The position numbers and the translations under genes were made by a program. The notes under the pieces are model-generated. The model searched no databases and was not told the DNA's origin. It saw only the letters and a program-made list of their open reading frames with translations. Source: Eledone cirrhosa (taxonomy: Eukaryota). Taken from it: a stretch of DNA of 64,000 nt. The stretch lies in contig OZ024754.1 in assembly GCA_964016885.1 (NCBI GenBank), forward strand, positions 35,650,001-35,714,000, written 5' to 3'. Below are positions 1-15,484 of the stretch, piece by piece (the stretch's first letter is position 1; the number at the start of each line of letters is the position of its first letter).

Positions 1-1440
1 GGCCTTTCTACACTGGTTAGCTAATTTCCTTCCAGGGGTAGCGTCCACAAACATGACACTCTGGTATCTCTGGTTGTCGTACCATGAGGTGGCTTTCCCT
101 ATCTTATACTTTCCATTGTGCTACGTTCTAAATCAAACTTGTTAGTGCTCTCTAGTGGGGATGTTCTTATAACTATATTGATATCGTCTACGTAACGAGA
201 GTACATGATTGGGTCTATGGAGTTCTCGTTAAGGAGATCTTTAAGTCTCCTTTCCCACCATACCATGAAAAGGTTGGCAACATCACCAGCTATGCTGACA
301 CCAATGGCTGCTCCCTCATTTTGGGTGTAGATCTTCTCGTTGAACTTGAATATGTGGCCCTTTAGGGTAGTTTTGATACTAGCCCTTATTGCATGTGCGA
401 CCGTTTTTCTTACCTGATCATTGTTTTGGGGGGTCCGTATAGCTTTGGTCCACCCAATCCACCTTCCCATGGGAGTCTTTTTTGCCATTGAGGTTATGGT
501 GGGGGGTCTACCTCTTATGGGTCTACTAGGGCAGAAACGTCTAAGGTCATGGCTGTCTAGGTAGTCAGTGTCGTAGGTAAGTCTAAGTAGGAGGCCCAGT
601 TCGTCTGTGTCGACGTCGCAGAACTCCACCTCACTCTCAATGATCATCTCCACACATTTTTCCACAGCAAAATCAATGTTAATGGATGGGTACAGTGATA
701 CCACATCCATGCTGCCTATTATGCAGTTGGATAGGTTCCTGTTTTTGTTGCACTCACTGATTCTGCTGAGGAGGTCCTCTGTACTGTCACATACATCTGG
801 GGACATCTTGATTATGGGGCGTATAACCATTGAGAGGAAGTAGGAGATCCTGCAGTTGCTAGCTATATTAGCTCCGCATACGGGTCTTGTTGGTGGACCT
901 GTTGTCGGGTCGTCGACTGTCTTGTGGTCTTTGCGGAGCCCATACAAGGGTGGTATGCCATTGTTAGACGCCTGGAAGTTGTTGGCAGTGCGTCTGCTTG
1001 GCTTTAGGATGTCAGTCCACATCATCATGTGAGCGTTGAGGATTTTCTCTCTCCCATCATGTGTTTGCTGTGAAATTTCGCTCGTGTTGGTGATGTGGGG
1101 TTGCATAGCCTTGATGTAGTTCAGCATGCTGTCTATTGACATCCTACCAGACTTATCCGTAGGTAGACATACTACCTCACCATTCCTTGTGCGCTGCTTG
1201 AGGCTAACCAAGCCTTCTACAGGTTTCCTTCCAAGTTGTTGGGCCTCTGGTCTGCTCTGTCTCTTAGTATACCGGTCTACTATTTGTCTAATCTTATTTC
1301 TAGCTATGGTGAACTGTGCCTCTGTCTCGTCATCTATTTGTTGTGGTATGCAAACCCTTTTATTAAAGGGTAACCTCGTAGGATAGATATTACCCATCTT
1401 ATATGTTTTGTCAGCTGGGTTGAAAAATAGTTTCTCTAAG
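1..1440 (-). mobile_element. Penelope-like element (PLE) reverse transcriptase fragment, 5'-interrupted by a SINE and internally deleted
   Basis: The C-terminal part of ORF 99..1757 has PLE RT motifs PPLYGLRKDHK, GPPTRPVCGA, CDSTEDLL, GSMDVVSLYPSI, QNEGAAIG and YSRYVDDI. After the TAG at 99-101, another frame reads KATSWYDNQRYQSVMFVDATPGRKLANQCRKA, resembling the PLE linker that precedes the GIY-YIG domain. The ORF N-terminus (above about 1440) is SINE and microsatellite, not coding. Confidence 0.85.
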
Positions 1441-1451
1441 TGGTTGTCATT

Positions 1452-1560
1452 ATCCCGCCGAGGTTGACTTTGCCTTTCATCCTTACGGGGTTGATAAAAT
1501 AAAGTACCAGTAATGCACTGGGTAATTGCTGGCCTTGTGCCTAAAGTAGAAACAATTATA
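1452..1560 (+). mobile_element. tRNA-derived SINE family A, 3' half
   Basis: ATCCCGCCGAGGTTGACTTTGCCTTTCATCCTTACGGGG..ATAAAATAAAGTACCAGTAATGCACTGGGTAATTGCTGGCCTTGTGCCTAAAGTAGAAACAATTA, matching about 20 other copies in the window. Confidence 0.85.
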
Positions 1561-1945
1561 TCTATCGTCATAGTTGTGTGTGTTGCTATTATTGTTATCA
1601 TGGTTGTTGTTGTTGTTCCTATCATTAGCATTATTATTATTGTTATGATTGTTGTTACTGTTATTTCTACCATTGTGGTTGTTACTTTTATTATGTTTCT
1701 TGTTTTTGTTGTGTCTATCATTAATGTTGCTACATGTATTATTTCCATTATTACCACTGTGGTTATTGTTGTTGTTGTTCGTATTGTTACCGTTATTACT
1801 ACTGTGGTCGCTGTTGCTGTGTCTGTGGTTAATGTTTCTATTATTATTATTATTGTGGTTGTTGTTGTTCTGTCTATCGTTAGTATTATTACTATTATTA
1901 CTATTTCTCACTCTCCTGCTATTGTTATTGTTATGGCTGTTATTT
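1561..1945. repeat. Degenerate (GTT/ATT)n low-complexity region
   Basis: Trinucleotide-like sequence producing spurious Asn/Leu/Val ORFs. Confidence 0.85.
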
Positions 1946-2133
1946 CTATACTCTATATACAAATGTATATCACATCTGCAACAACACAGCACGCCATTTT
2001 TCATTCCTTTATATATATATACACACACATATACAAATGCATGTATACATATTCAGGAAGATAGGTGCTTTTGTTAATTTGTTCCACGTATTTCAATTTT
2101 TGTGTGTGCAACGATGCCACATACATGTGTGTA

Positions 2134-2207
<74 letters not shown>

Positions 2208-2611
2208 CCTGTGGAAGGGGAAGGTGAATAAAAGACAGGCTTCTTCATAACAGACACACTAACGCACTAACACACTAACACACTAACATATTCACGCACG
2301 CATACATACACGTACACATACACATACACATATGCACATGCATACAAAAAAAACAAAAAACAGACAGATGTTCGCAAATAAGATTTCAATCTTGATTCGA
2401 TGTGAATACCAAAATCTATAGCAAGGATTATTAGATTAACCTTGAAAATCGAATCGATCGATCTCCATAATGGCTGGTCGTTCGGATAATCTGTGATTTT
2501 GTTTTTGTTATTTATTCCTATTTTCATAGCGCAATGTATTCCTTTCTTCATATTACATGTATGTATATATATATATATATACAAACATACATATATACAG
2601 TATATATATAT

Positions 2612-6520
<3,909 letters not shown>

Positions 6521-6658
6521 ACTAAAAGTTGATTGACATATGTCAATCAATTTCTAGTTGATATAAAATGTTCGGATCTATTCATTGGAATCTTGGAGCA
6601 TATTCTACAGTAGATATGGCGCATGTCTCTTTGACATGACACCCTTAATTTAAATTTT

Positions 6659-6704
<46 letters not shown>

Positions 6705-6706
<2 letters not shown>

Positions 6707-7610
6707 AAAGTTATATTTAAATTGTTGGGTAACAACTAGTAAATATTTATAACTGATATAAAAGCACTCGACAAGTATTTGGAGTATATTTACAATATTA
6801 AATAAATGGAAACTACATTTATAAAACCATATTTATTTCATTATATATATTTCAGGGATATCATATTAACAATATGCTATGCCTTCCTCAGACAAAATAC
6901 AATATAAACAGTTTTATAGATAAATAGATTTTTTTTTAAAAACTAAACATGTGATCATTACTTTTCACACATTATGGGTACATGTCTCATTCAAGAATAC
7001 TGATATTTACAATATAGTGGCTGGTTTTTATACATACATTAAAACATAGGGTTTTTACGCCTCGCCTATGTCTGGTTATTTTTAAATTTTTCTCTCTATA
7101 TAACAGCTGGTTTCTCTCCATATATCTCCCTTACATTAATACTAGAGCTAAATAAATAAATAAATAAATAAATGTATCATTGATACGTTTACTCAACGGA
7201 CGTCCCACTACCTAGTTATCTATATATATATATCTATCTCTATTTCCTCTCTCTCTCTATATATATATATATATATCTCTGTTTCTTTACATGAAGTTCT
7301 TCTCTTTATCTATCTTTCCATCTCTCTATTTTGTTCCATGCATTTCTTCTTTTTCTTCTTTTTCTTCGTTTTCTGTCTTTCTTTCCTTTTTTCTCTCTTT
7401 CTTTCTCTCTGTGTACAATTTTTTCACTGCCAATTCAACCTTTTCAAATACAAGTCGATGTTGTTACGGTATGTCAAATCTATTTATCTATAAAACTGTT
7501 TATATTGTATTTTGTCTGAGGAAGGCATAGCATATTGTTAATATGATATCCCTGAAATATATATAATGAAATAAATATGGTTTTATAAATGTAGTTTCCA
7601 TTTATTTAAT

Positions 7611-7617
<7 letters not shown>
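6705..7617 (-). mobile_element. Fold-back element: about 138-bp inverted arms (6791-6928, 7479-7617) containing a hammerhead, plus a tail (6705-6790), in (TA)n
   Basis: The arms are reverse complements. The minus-strand tail reads TATACTCCAAATACTTGTCGAGTGCTT. TA arrays lie on both sides. Confidence 0.75.
7512..7567 (+). ncRNA. Minimal type I hammerhead-like motif (mirror copy on - strand at about 6840-6895)
   Basis: ttgt CTGAGGA agg..catatt-gtt-aatatg..cct GAAA tata TA..., with a palindromic TATATA stem III. Confidence 0.6.
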
Positions 7618-7667
<50 letters not shown>

Positions 7668-7672
<5 letters not shown>

Positions 7673-7860
7673 AACGAGTAGGACCCGACGGCTGAGCTCA
7701 AGCCGTTTCGACGGCTAATTCTGAGTCCAGAATTTGCCGTCGAAACGGCTTGAGCTCAGCCGTCGGGGTCCTACTCGTTCCTATTACCCACTCTACTACC
7801 CTAAGTATTGAGTACTTTGGTGCGTTATGGTCCACCTGGTTCCTTACCACATTTCTTCCG

Positions 7861-7862
<2 letters not shown>
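7668..7862 (+). mobile_element. Hairpin-plus-tail element family H, copy in (TA)n
   Basis: Palindrome 7668-7784 (ATAGGAACGAGTAGGACCC..GGGGTCCTACTCGTTCCTAT) plus tail TACCCACTCTACTACCCTAAGTATTGAGTAC..ACCACATTTCTTCCGTTA. Confidence 0.9.
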
Positions 7863-7906
<44 letters not shown>

Positions 7907-7934
7907 GTCTAAAGTCTGTCTCAAACCCGGAGAC

Positions 7935-8150
7935 TCATCAGGCCGGTTTCCAGGGTGTTAAGCGACTGAGAGTACAATAGTCCCCCTGGATAGGACGCAA
8001 ATCCATCGCAGGTTTAAACTTCCAGATATTGCTGGTACTCATTTTCAGTTAAGTATACTAGAGCAACGTGAAATAAAGTGTTTTGCTCAAAGAACACAAC
8101 ACACAACCCAGTCCAAGAATTGAATTCACAACACCCTTACTACTAGGGCA
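7935..8150 (-). mobile_element. tRNA-derived SINE family B (CORE/V-like)
   Basis: Reverse complement of the 62706-62945 element (GAGCAACGTGAAAT..CTCAAAGAACACAAC; CCCCCTGGATAGGACGC..ATCGCAGG). Confidence 0.65.
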
Positions 8151-8194
8151 CGCGCTTCCACACACACACGCTCCCCCCCCCCCATATATATATA

Positions 8195-8318
8195 TTCATC
8201 TGATGAAGGACTAGCGTCCGAAACGTTAAGACCCTCTTCCTGCTATTTCAAGTGTTAATCTAATATATTCCTTTCACATACTGTACCAATCGTTTTGTTA
8301 TTTCTATTTACCATTTAC
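8195..8318 (+). ncRNA. Minimal hammerhead plus 3' tail, family P (related copies at 32740 and 44978)
   Basis: CTGATGA a gga-ctagcg-tcc GAAA cg TTA ag, with palindromic AACGTT and a shared downstream tail ending in microsatellite. Confidence 0.7.
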
Positions 8319-8582
8319 ATACATACATACATATATACACACATATATATATATATATGTATATATACCTACACACACACACACACACACATAATTGTAT
8401 TAAATTTTATCTTATTTCGTTTTATTTTCTTTGTAAATATTCGAAAAACGCCCGAGATTCTGTGATGACGGGAGATCGTATATGGCCCCTGTTTCTTATA
8501 GATGAAATTGTGCAAAAAAGACGAGTATGATCTTCAAAACAGTTTTAATTAATTATTTAACTGTTCAATAGTTTTGAAATTT

Positions 8583-9142
8583 GTCAAATATTTATATGCT
8601 AATATTTATATGTCAAATATTTATATGTTAATATTTATATGTCAAATATTTATATGTTAATATTTATATGTTAAATATTTATATGCTAATATTTATATGC
8701 TAATATTTATATGCTAATATTTATATGTCAAATATTTATATGCTAATATTTATATATCAAATATTTATATGCTAATATTTATATGCTAATATTTATATGC
8801 TAATATTTATATGTTAATATTTATATGTCAAATATTTATATGTTAATATTTATATGTCAAATATTTATATGCTAATATTTATATATCAAATATTTATATG
8901 TAATATTTATATGCTAATATTTATATGTTAATATTTATATGCTAATATTTATATGTCAAATATTTATATGCTAATATTTATATGCTAATATTTATGTCAA
9001 ATATTTATATGTTAATATTTATGTCAAATATTTATATGCTAATATTTATGTTAAATATTTAAATGTTAATATGTATATGCTAATATTTATATGTCAAATA
9101 TTTATATGTCAAATATTTATATGTCAAATATTTATATGTTAA
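8583..9142. repeat. AT-rich 14-15-bp minisatellite (AATATTTATATGCT/GTCA)
   Basis: Direct tandem repeats. Confidence 0.9.
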
Positions 9143-9346
9143 TTCTGTTTAAGTAGAAAAATGTTACTAAAATTAAACACAATATTCTGACTTTGTTAAA
9201 TATTTTATCTTTTAAATGCATTTATTATTAAAAATGCATTTACTTGAGCAAATTAAACAAGAATTTGGTTGTTTCTCTCTAAAGGTTGGTATGAAAATGA
9301 AGCCATACAGAACCTGAGGTGAATGTTGCATTATATAAAGACTAGA

Positions 9347-9566
9347 GGGCGGTGGATTGGCAGAATCGGTAGAGTGTCGGAGAAGATGCTTTGCGGCATT
9401 TATTCCGGCTCTTTACGCCCTGAGTTCAAATCCCTCCAAAGTCTACTTTGCATTTCATCCTTTTCGGGGTCTATAAAATAAAGTACCAGTCACACACTAG
9501 TTCGATTTAATTGACTTTCCTCCTCCCCCGAAATGTCTGGCCTTGTGCCTAAATTAGAAACCATTA
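9347..9566 (+). mobile_element. SINE family A, full-length diverged copy
   Basis: A-box-like TGGCAGAATCGG, B-box GAGTTCAAATCC, core CATTTCATCCTTTTCGGGGTC..AAGTACCAG. Confidence 0.8.
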
Positions 9567-9650
9567 CATACCGACTAGATAAAAAGTATTCATTAGGCAG
9601 AAATAACGATCATTTCTGAGCTCAGCATCAAATGCTTCATATGACATATA

Positions 9651-10023
9651 TACCATATTTCCCGGCGCCGAAGCCGCTTCGTCCTCCAGGACGCACCCTA
9701 ATTTTGACAAAAAATAATTGTTTCTACGTTAGGCACAAGGCCAGCAATTACCCAGTGCATTACTGGTACTTTATTTTATCGACCCAGTAAGGATGAAAGG
9801 CAAAGTCAACCTCGGCGGGATTTGAACTCAGATCGTAAAGGGACGTAACTATGCTGGAAAGCATGGCGTCCGACCCTCTACCGATACTGCCAATAAAATA
9901 ATAAACAACCTTCGTCCTCTAGGACGCATGGTAGATTTTTAGACTTATTTTAGATTTACTTTAGACTTTTTTAGACTTATTTTAGGAAAAAAGTAGCGTC
10001 TTCGACGCCGGGAAATACGGTTA
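9651..10023. mobile_element. Tc1/mariner-pogo-type MITE with a nested SINE A (about 9713-9895, - strand)
   Basis: TIRs TACCATATTTCCCGGCGCCGAAG and CTTCGACGCCGGGAAATACGGT(T)A, with internal TTCGTCCTCYAGGACGCA repeats on both sides of the SINE. Confidence 0.75.
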
Positions 10024-11030
10024 GTAAATTGACAAAATCGGTAGTGTGTCTGACAAAATTCCTTGCGTTATTTGTTCTTTCTCTTTAAGTTCTGAGTCTC
10101 AACCTCGTTGAGACCAACTTTTATTTTTCTGTGGTCTTTCATTTTTCTGTGATTGATAATATAAAGTACTAGTAAAACACTGCAGTCGATTCAATCGATC
10201 TTCCCCTCCTCCAAAATTGTTGGCCTTGTACCTAAATCAGAAACCATTAGAGTCGGACGCCATGCTTTCCAGCATAGTTACATCCCTTTACGGTCTGAGT
10301 TCAAATCCCGTCGAGGTTGACTTTGCCTTTCATCCTTACGGGGTCGATAAAATAAAGTACCAGTAATGTACTGGGTAATTGCTGGCCTTGTGCCAAAAGT
10401 AGAAACAATTATTATGATTGGATTGGCAGTATCAGTAGAGGGTCGGACGCCATGCTTTCATGCACAGAGTTACGTCCCTTTACGATCTGAGTTCAAATCC
10501 CGCCGAGGTTGACTTTGCCTTTCATCCTTACGTGGTCGATAAAATAAAGTATCAGTAATGTACTGGGTAATTGCTGGCCTTGTGCCAAAAGTAGAAACAA
10601 TTATTATGATTGGTTTGGCAGTATCAGTAGAGGGTCGGACGCCATGCTTTCATGCACAGAGTTACGGCCTTTTATGATCTGAGTTCAAATCCCGCCGAGG
10701 TTAACTATGCCTTTCATCTTTACGGGGTCGATAAAATAAAGTACCAGTAATGTACTGGGTAAATGCTGGCCTTGTGCCAAAAATAGAAACAGTTATTATG
10801 CTTAAAGGGCGAAGGATTGATAGTATCGGTGAAATGTTGAACAACATGGTTTGCAGCATATAATTACCTCTTTTACGTTCTGAGTTCAAATCCCGCTGAG
10901 GTTAGCTTTGACTTTTACCCTTACAGGGTCGATAAAATAAAGCACCAGTTTAGCACTGGGATCGATATAATCGTATTTTCCCTTTCCCTTCAAATAGCTG
11001 GCCTTGAGCCAAATATAGAAACAATTATTA
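10024..11030 (+). mobile_element. Head-to-tail cluster of about 5-6 SINE A copies
   Basis: GAGTTCAAATCCCG..GCCTTTCATCCTTACGGGGTCGATAAAATAAAGTACCAG..GTAGAAACAATTATTATG repeated every 190 bp or so. Confidence 0.85.
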
Positions 11031-11517
11031 TTATGCTTATCATTAGTGATCTAGAGAGATACATCAATATTTTCCTATCTTACATCAAATATAATTAGGC
11101 ACCACATATTGGAAAAACATGTATAAAGATGTTGAAGACGAACAAATGCTCTTTGAGATTGTCCAAACAACATTTACATATTTACATATTCTAAGATTGT
11201 TGTTTCCTAGGAACGTGCCTACCTCTTATTCTCATGGATAATTCCTCAATCTCTTTACAGAAATAATTGTATATCATTCTTATTACACCAATTACAATTC
11301 GGTTTATGCCACTGTGGTTGGAATTCGTGTGCTAAATTCATACAAAGTCGGTCGGTGATTTAGCAGATTTTTACGACGTATGGTTAAATACTTCTGTATT
11401 AGGTCCAACACCATGCGCTCTAAGTTCAAATCCCATCCTTTCGAGGTCGATAAATAAAGTACCTATACAGTACTGGGGTTAACTTTTTTTCTTTTATATC
11501 TCTTTATCACACTTTTG

Positions 11518-11597
<80 letters not shown>

Positions 11598-11599
<2 letters not shown>

Positions 11600-11711
11600 A
11601 ACAAAGCGAAGTTTGGTAAGATACCAGGTGGACCATAACGCACCAGAGTACTCCACTTCAGGTCTAGTTGTCGAAACGGCTGGAGCTCAGCCGTCGGGGT
11701 CCTGAATCTTT
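11598..11711 (-). mobile_element. Family H, internally deleted copy
   Basis: Reverse-complement tail (GGTGGACCATAACGCACCAGAGTACTC) joined to the arm GTCGAAACGGCTGGAGCTCAGCCGTCGGGGTCC. Confidence 0.75.
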
Positions 11712-11884
11712 ATATATATATATATATATTGTTATACTTGGGGAGGGTCATATTGTTGTAATACTTTTGCCAGAAATAATAACAGAACACACTCACTGTT
11801 TGGTTCGTTTTCGCTTCTGCATCTTTTATATCTCCATAGTTAATTCATTCGGCCATCAATGTTTATCATTGACTGACCAACACC

Positions 11885-11981
<97 letters not shown>

Positions 11982-12848
11982 CCACTGTCGTCATTGAAAT
12001 ATGTATCACAGCATTATCATTAAAGGACTTTAACATCGGAAACTACTTCGCATTTTCTTATTTTATATATATATGTTTATGTGTGTACGCGTCGTGTGTG
12101 TGTTTGTGTGTATGTGTGTGTGTGTGTGTGGATATTATGGGATGTTTTACAAATTTAGATAGTGTGATAGACGTCATTTATCACACTACCATAGTGATAT
12201 TATTGGACCGACTAACGTTTGATTACAAAATGTATTTCCATAGAAGAGTCTTGTAAGTGGTGTAGTGTTCTTTTTGGTGATGGTTATATTGTTGTAGGTG
12301 GTGGTATTGTTGGTGAGGATATTGTGGAAGGTGGTGGTGGTGGTGGTGGTCGTGGAGGAGGAGATAGCGGTGGGGTTGCTGTTGTTGTCGTCGTTGATGT
12401 GTGTGGAGAGAGAGAGAAGGGGCGAGAGAGAGAGAGATGAGAGGGGAAGAGACTGACGACAGGGAGAGGGCAAAGAGGAAGGAGGAAGAGGAGATAGAGG
12501 GAGAAAGAGAAGTAGAATGAGAGCATGGGGAGTGTGTGTGAGTTGTATCAGACGTGCTAGTATAAAGTCAATTATCTACATTAATCAAAGCACCTTCACC
12601 ACTCACCTCTTACATATAAGTGTCCATTGATTGGTGGGAATACTTAAGTTCCTAGAAATCCTCTCTTGAGAAGAATTGCTCAAATAGAATGGCCAGAGTG
12701 GACATAGCAGAAAGCTACTTATTGGCCAGAAGTGGTGTGGGTCAACATAATCCGATGAACGAAGAATTGCAGCTATATCGATTGCCTGTTCAATTCTTTT
12801 ACTTGTATCAGCTTCAATCATTATTTGCAATTAGGTTTATATGAAGTG

Positions 12849-13278
12849 AAAGGCAGACGTTTGGGGAAACTCGTGATGATGCTTGTAGCATCGACATCAA
12901 TGAGTCCGTAATAGTTTTTGTAGAAATGTAACTGTGAGTCGTGTAGCATCTAGTTTCGGGTTTATTCCCTTCTTCAGAGAAAGTCAGAAGAAGAGCTAAT
13001 GACAAGGGCCAAAGAATCTTCGCCTTATTTTTTTTCTTTTCCTTCCTAACAGGAAAATGTTGAGAGATAACATCCAGGGCATCAGTAAACCAGCCATCCG
13101 TCGTCTTGCTCGTCGTGGTGGTGTCAAATGTATCTCTGGTTTGATATATGAAGAGACCCGTGGTGTATTGAAGGTATTCCTGGAAAATGTTATTTGTGAT
13201 GCCGTCACCTACACTGAGCATGCTAAGAGGAAGAGTGTCAACGCTATGGATGTCGTCTCTGCTATGAAGAGACAATGA
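12849..13278 (+). pseudogene. H4: Histone H4 pseudogene, probably two-exon
   Basis: 13054-13275 encodes [74 protein letters not shown], then TGA where canonical H4 has Gly94, so GRTLYGFGG is lost. A degenerate N-tail (KGRRLGK..RH) lies at 12849-12899 and a polypyrimidine tract plus AG at 13024-13052. Confidence 0.9.
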
Positions 13279-13289
13279 AAAATTGTTTT

Positions 13290-13500
13290 TTTTTCAGATA
13301 TATTCTGCGTCCATGACTTCGTAGATGACTTTGTAGGCCAGCTGTAGACACATGTGACAGAAAAGAGTTGTGCTTTCCAAAAGACCGGTGGGGGGCACCA
13401 TGTGGGACACAATCTTTATGTACCACCATGTGTCTTTTTAGTCCGGAACTAGTTCTACACACTTTGTTGCATATCACGCACGTAGTTTCACCCGGGTGAG
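13290..13500 (-). mobile_element. LINE (RTE-like) 3' fragment with C2H2 zinc finger
   Basis: ICNKVCRTSSGLKRHMVVH..AGLQSHLRSHGR followed by an A-run on the minus strand. Confidence 0.55.
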
Positions 13501-13557
13501 TACTCGATGTTTAGGTTCACGTCAGTAGCGAGATGTAGAGCTAGACAGAGTGTCATA

Positions 13558-14060
13558 TAATAATTGTTTCTACTTTAGGCACAAGGCCAGCAATTAACCA
13601 GTGCATTACTGGTACTTTATTTTATCGACCCCGTAAGGATGAAAGGCAAAGTCAACCTCGGCGGGATTTGAACTCAGAGTGTAATATAATAATGATTTCT
13701 AGTATAGTCACACGGCCAGTAATTTGGGGGAAGGGGAAAGTCGATTAAATCGACCCTAGTACGTTACTGGTGCTTTATTTTATCGACTCACAGAGGGCCG
13801 TAACTCTATGCTGCAAAGCATGGCGTCCGACCCTCTACCGATACTGCCAATTCACCACCCTCCAGAGTGTAATATAATAATTGTTTCTACTTTTGGCACA
13901 AGGCTAGCAATTACCCAGTACATTACTGGTACTTTATTTTATCGACTCCGTAAGGATGAAAGGCAAAGTCAACCTCGGCGGGATTTGAACTCAGACCGTA
14001 AAGGAACGTAACTATGCTGGAAAGCATGGCGTCCGACCCTCCACCGATACTGCCAATTCA
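13558..14060 (-). mobile_element. Cluster of SINE A copies and fragments
   Basis: AATTGTTTCTACTTT..GGCACAAGGCCAGCAATT..GGATGAAAGGCAAAGTCAACCTCGGCGGGATTTGAACTCAG repeated. Confidence 0.85.
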
Positions 14061-14099
14061 CATGTGTCGTAAACCATGCAGATCTACAATAATACAAGG

Positions 14100-14490
14100 A
14101 CGAATGGTTACTCCTTCATTGCGTTTATTGGTTGGTGACGCGCGTTTCGCTACTGAGCAGCCCAAGGTTCGATCTGTATCGATCTGGCCCGACTCTGGAA
14201 TCAAAAGCGTGTCGGACCTCTGTAATAGGTAATGGCAAGGTCCGACGAGCTTTTGATTCCAACGACGTGTGGAACACTATGATTGCCTCATGTGTCGCAA
14301 GACGCGGGAGCTTCTGAGTCTGAGTCTGAGTATGTATAGATCTGCTCTTTTACAGTCCGCCGAAACCTGGACGCTATTCCGCAAACACACCGAATTGCTT
14401 GAGTGTTTTCAGCAGGAATGTTTAAGGTACATATTCAACATCAAGTGGCAAGACAGAACTTCCGAAATCCATGTACTTATCAAAGCAGTT
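14100..14490 (+). mobile_element. Degraded RTE-clade LINE ORF fragment
   Basis: MYRSALLQSAETWTLFRKHTELLECFQQECLRYIFNIKWQDR resembles the RTE thumb motif LLYGxETW..L..F...CLR.I..I.W.D. Confidence 0.65.
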
Positions 14491-14948
14491 CGGTCATTGT
14501 TCATTGGTGATTGGTCGCTTAATCTATTAAAAACGTTCGAAACAAATGTATCAAAGCATCATTTTTTATTCTTTCGTCTATTCCAGTCAATAAATCTTAA
14601 TAATTGCTGTTGTATACCTTTCTAATCGATAATCAGCTGGCTTCATTTATTGATCAGCAAAGTAGGAATAATTAAATATTTATTATTTTGTTGTTGTTGA
14701 TGGTGATGTTTCATTAGACCCTATCCATCCTTACATAAATAAAATTTAAAGTGATAAACTATCAGCTCTGGTCCCTACCCAAAAAACTTTTTTTTTTATG
14801 CTGAGATCTATAAACTGTACCTATCACTTCTGAAACTATATTTATAGGTAAAATTGAGCAGAAATGTTTGTTAGAAACTTGTGGTACCTATATACAACTA
14901 ACTGGACTGAGGCATTTGAAAACTAAGTATCCTGGGTATAATCACACC

Positions 14949-15053
<105 letters not shown>

Positions 15054-15138
15054 TGAAAAGGAAAAGAAAATGCTTTGTCACCATTTTCTTTTCCGTTTTA
15101 CTAATATATCACAACTCGTGTGTCACACCTCTATTTTT

Positions 15139-15192
<54 letters not shown>

Positions 15193-15195
<3 letters not shown>

Positions 15196-15389
15196 CGAAG
15201 GAAATGTGGTAAGGAAACAAGTGGACCATAACGCACTAAAGTACTCAATACTTAGGGTAGTAGAGTGGGTAATAGGAACGAGTAGGACCCCGACGGCTGA
15301 GCTCAAGCCGTTTCGACGGCTAATTCTGGACCCAGAATTAGCCGTCGAAACGGCTTGAGCTCAGCCGTCGGGGTCCTACTCGTTCCTAT
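15193..15389 (-). mobile_element. Family H copy in (TA)n
   Basis: Tail then palindrome with centre CTAATTCTGG-AC-CCAGAATTAG. Confidence 0.9.
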
Positions 15390-15424
15390 ATATGTATATA
15401 TATATATATTTATATATCTATACC

Positions 15425-15482
<58 letters not shown>

Positions 15483-15484
<2 letters not shown>

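Noticed and set aside
1441-1757. N-terminal extension of the 552-aa RT ORF
   Set aside because: Chance read-through of microsatellite and a SINE copy
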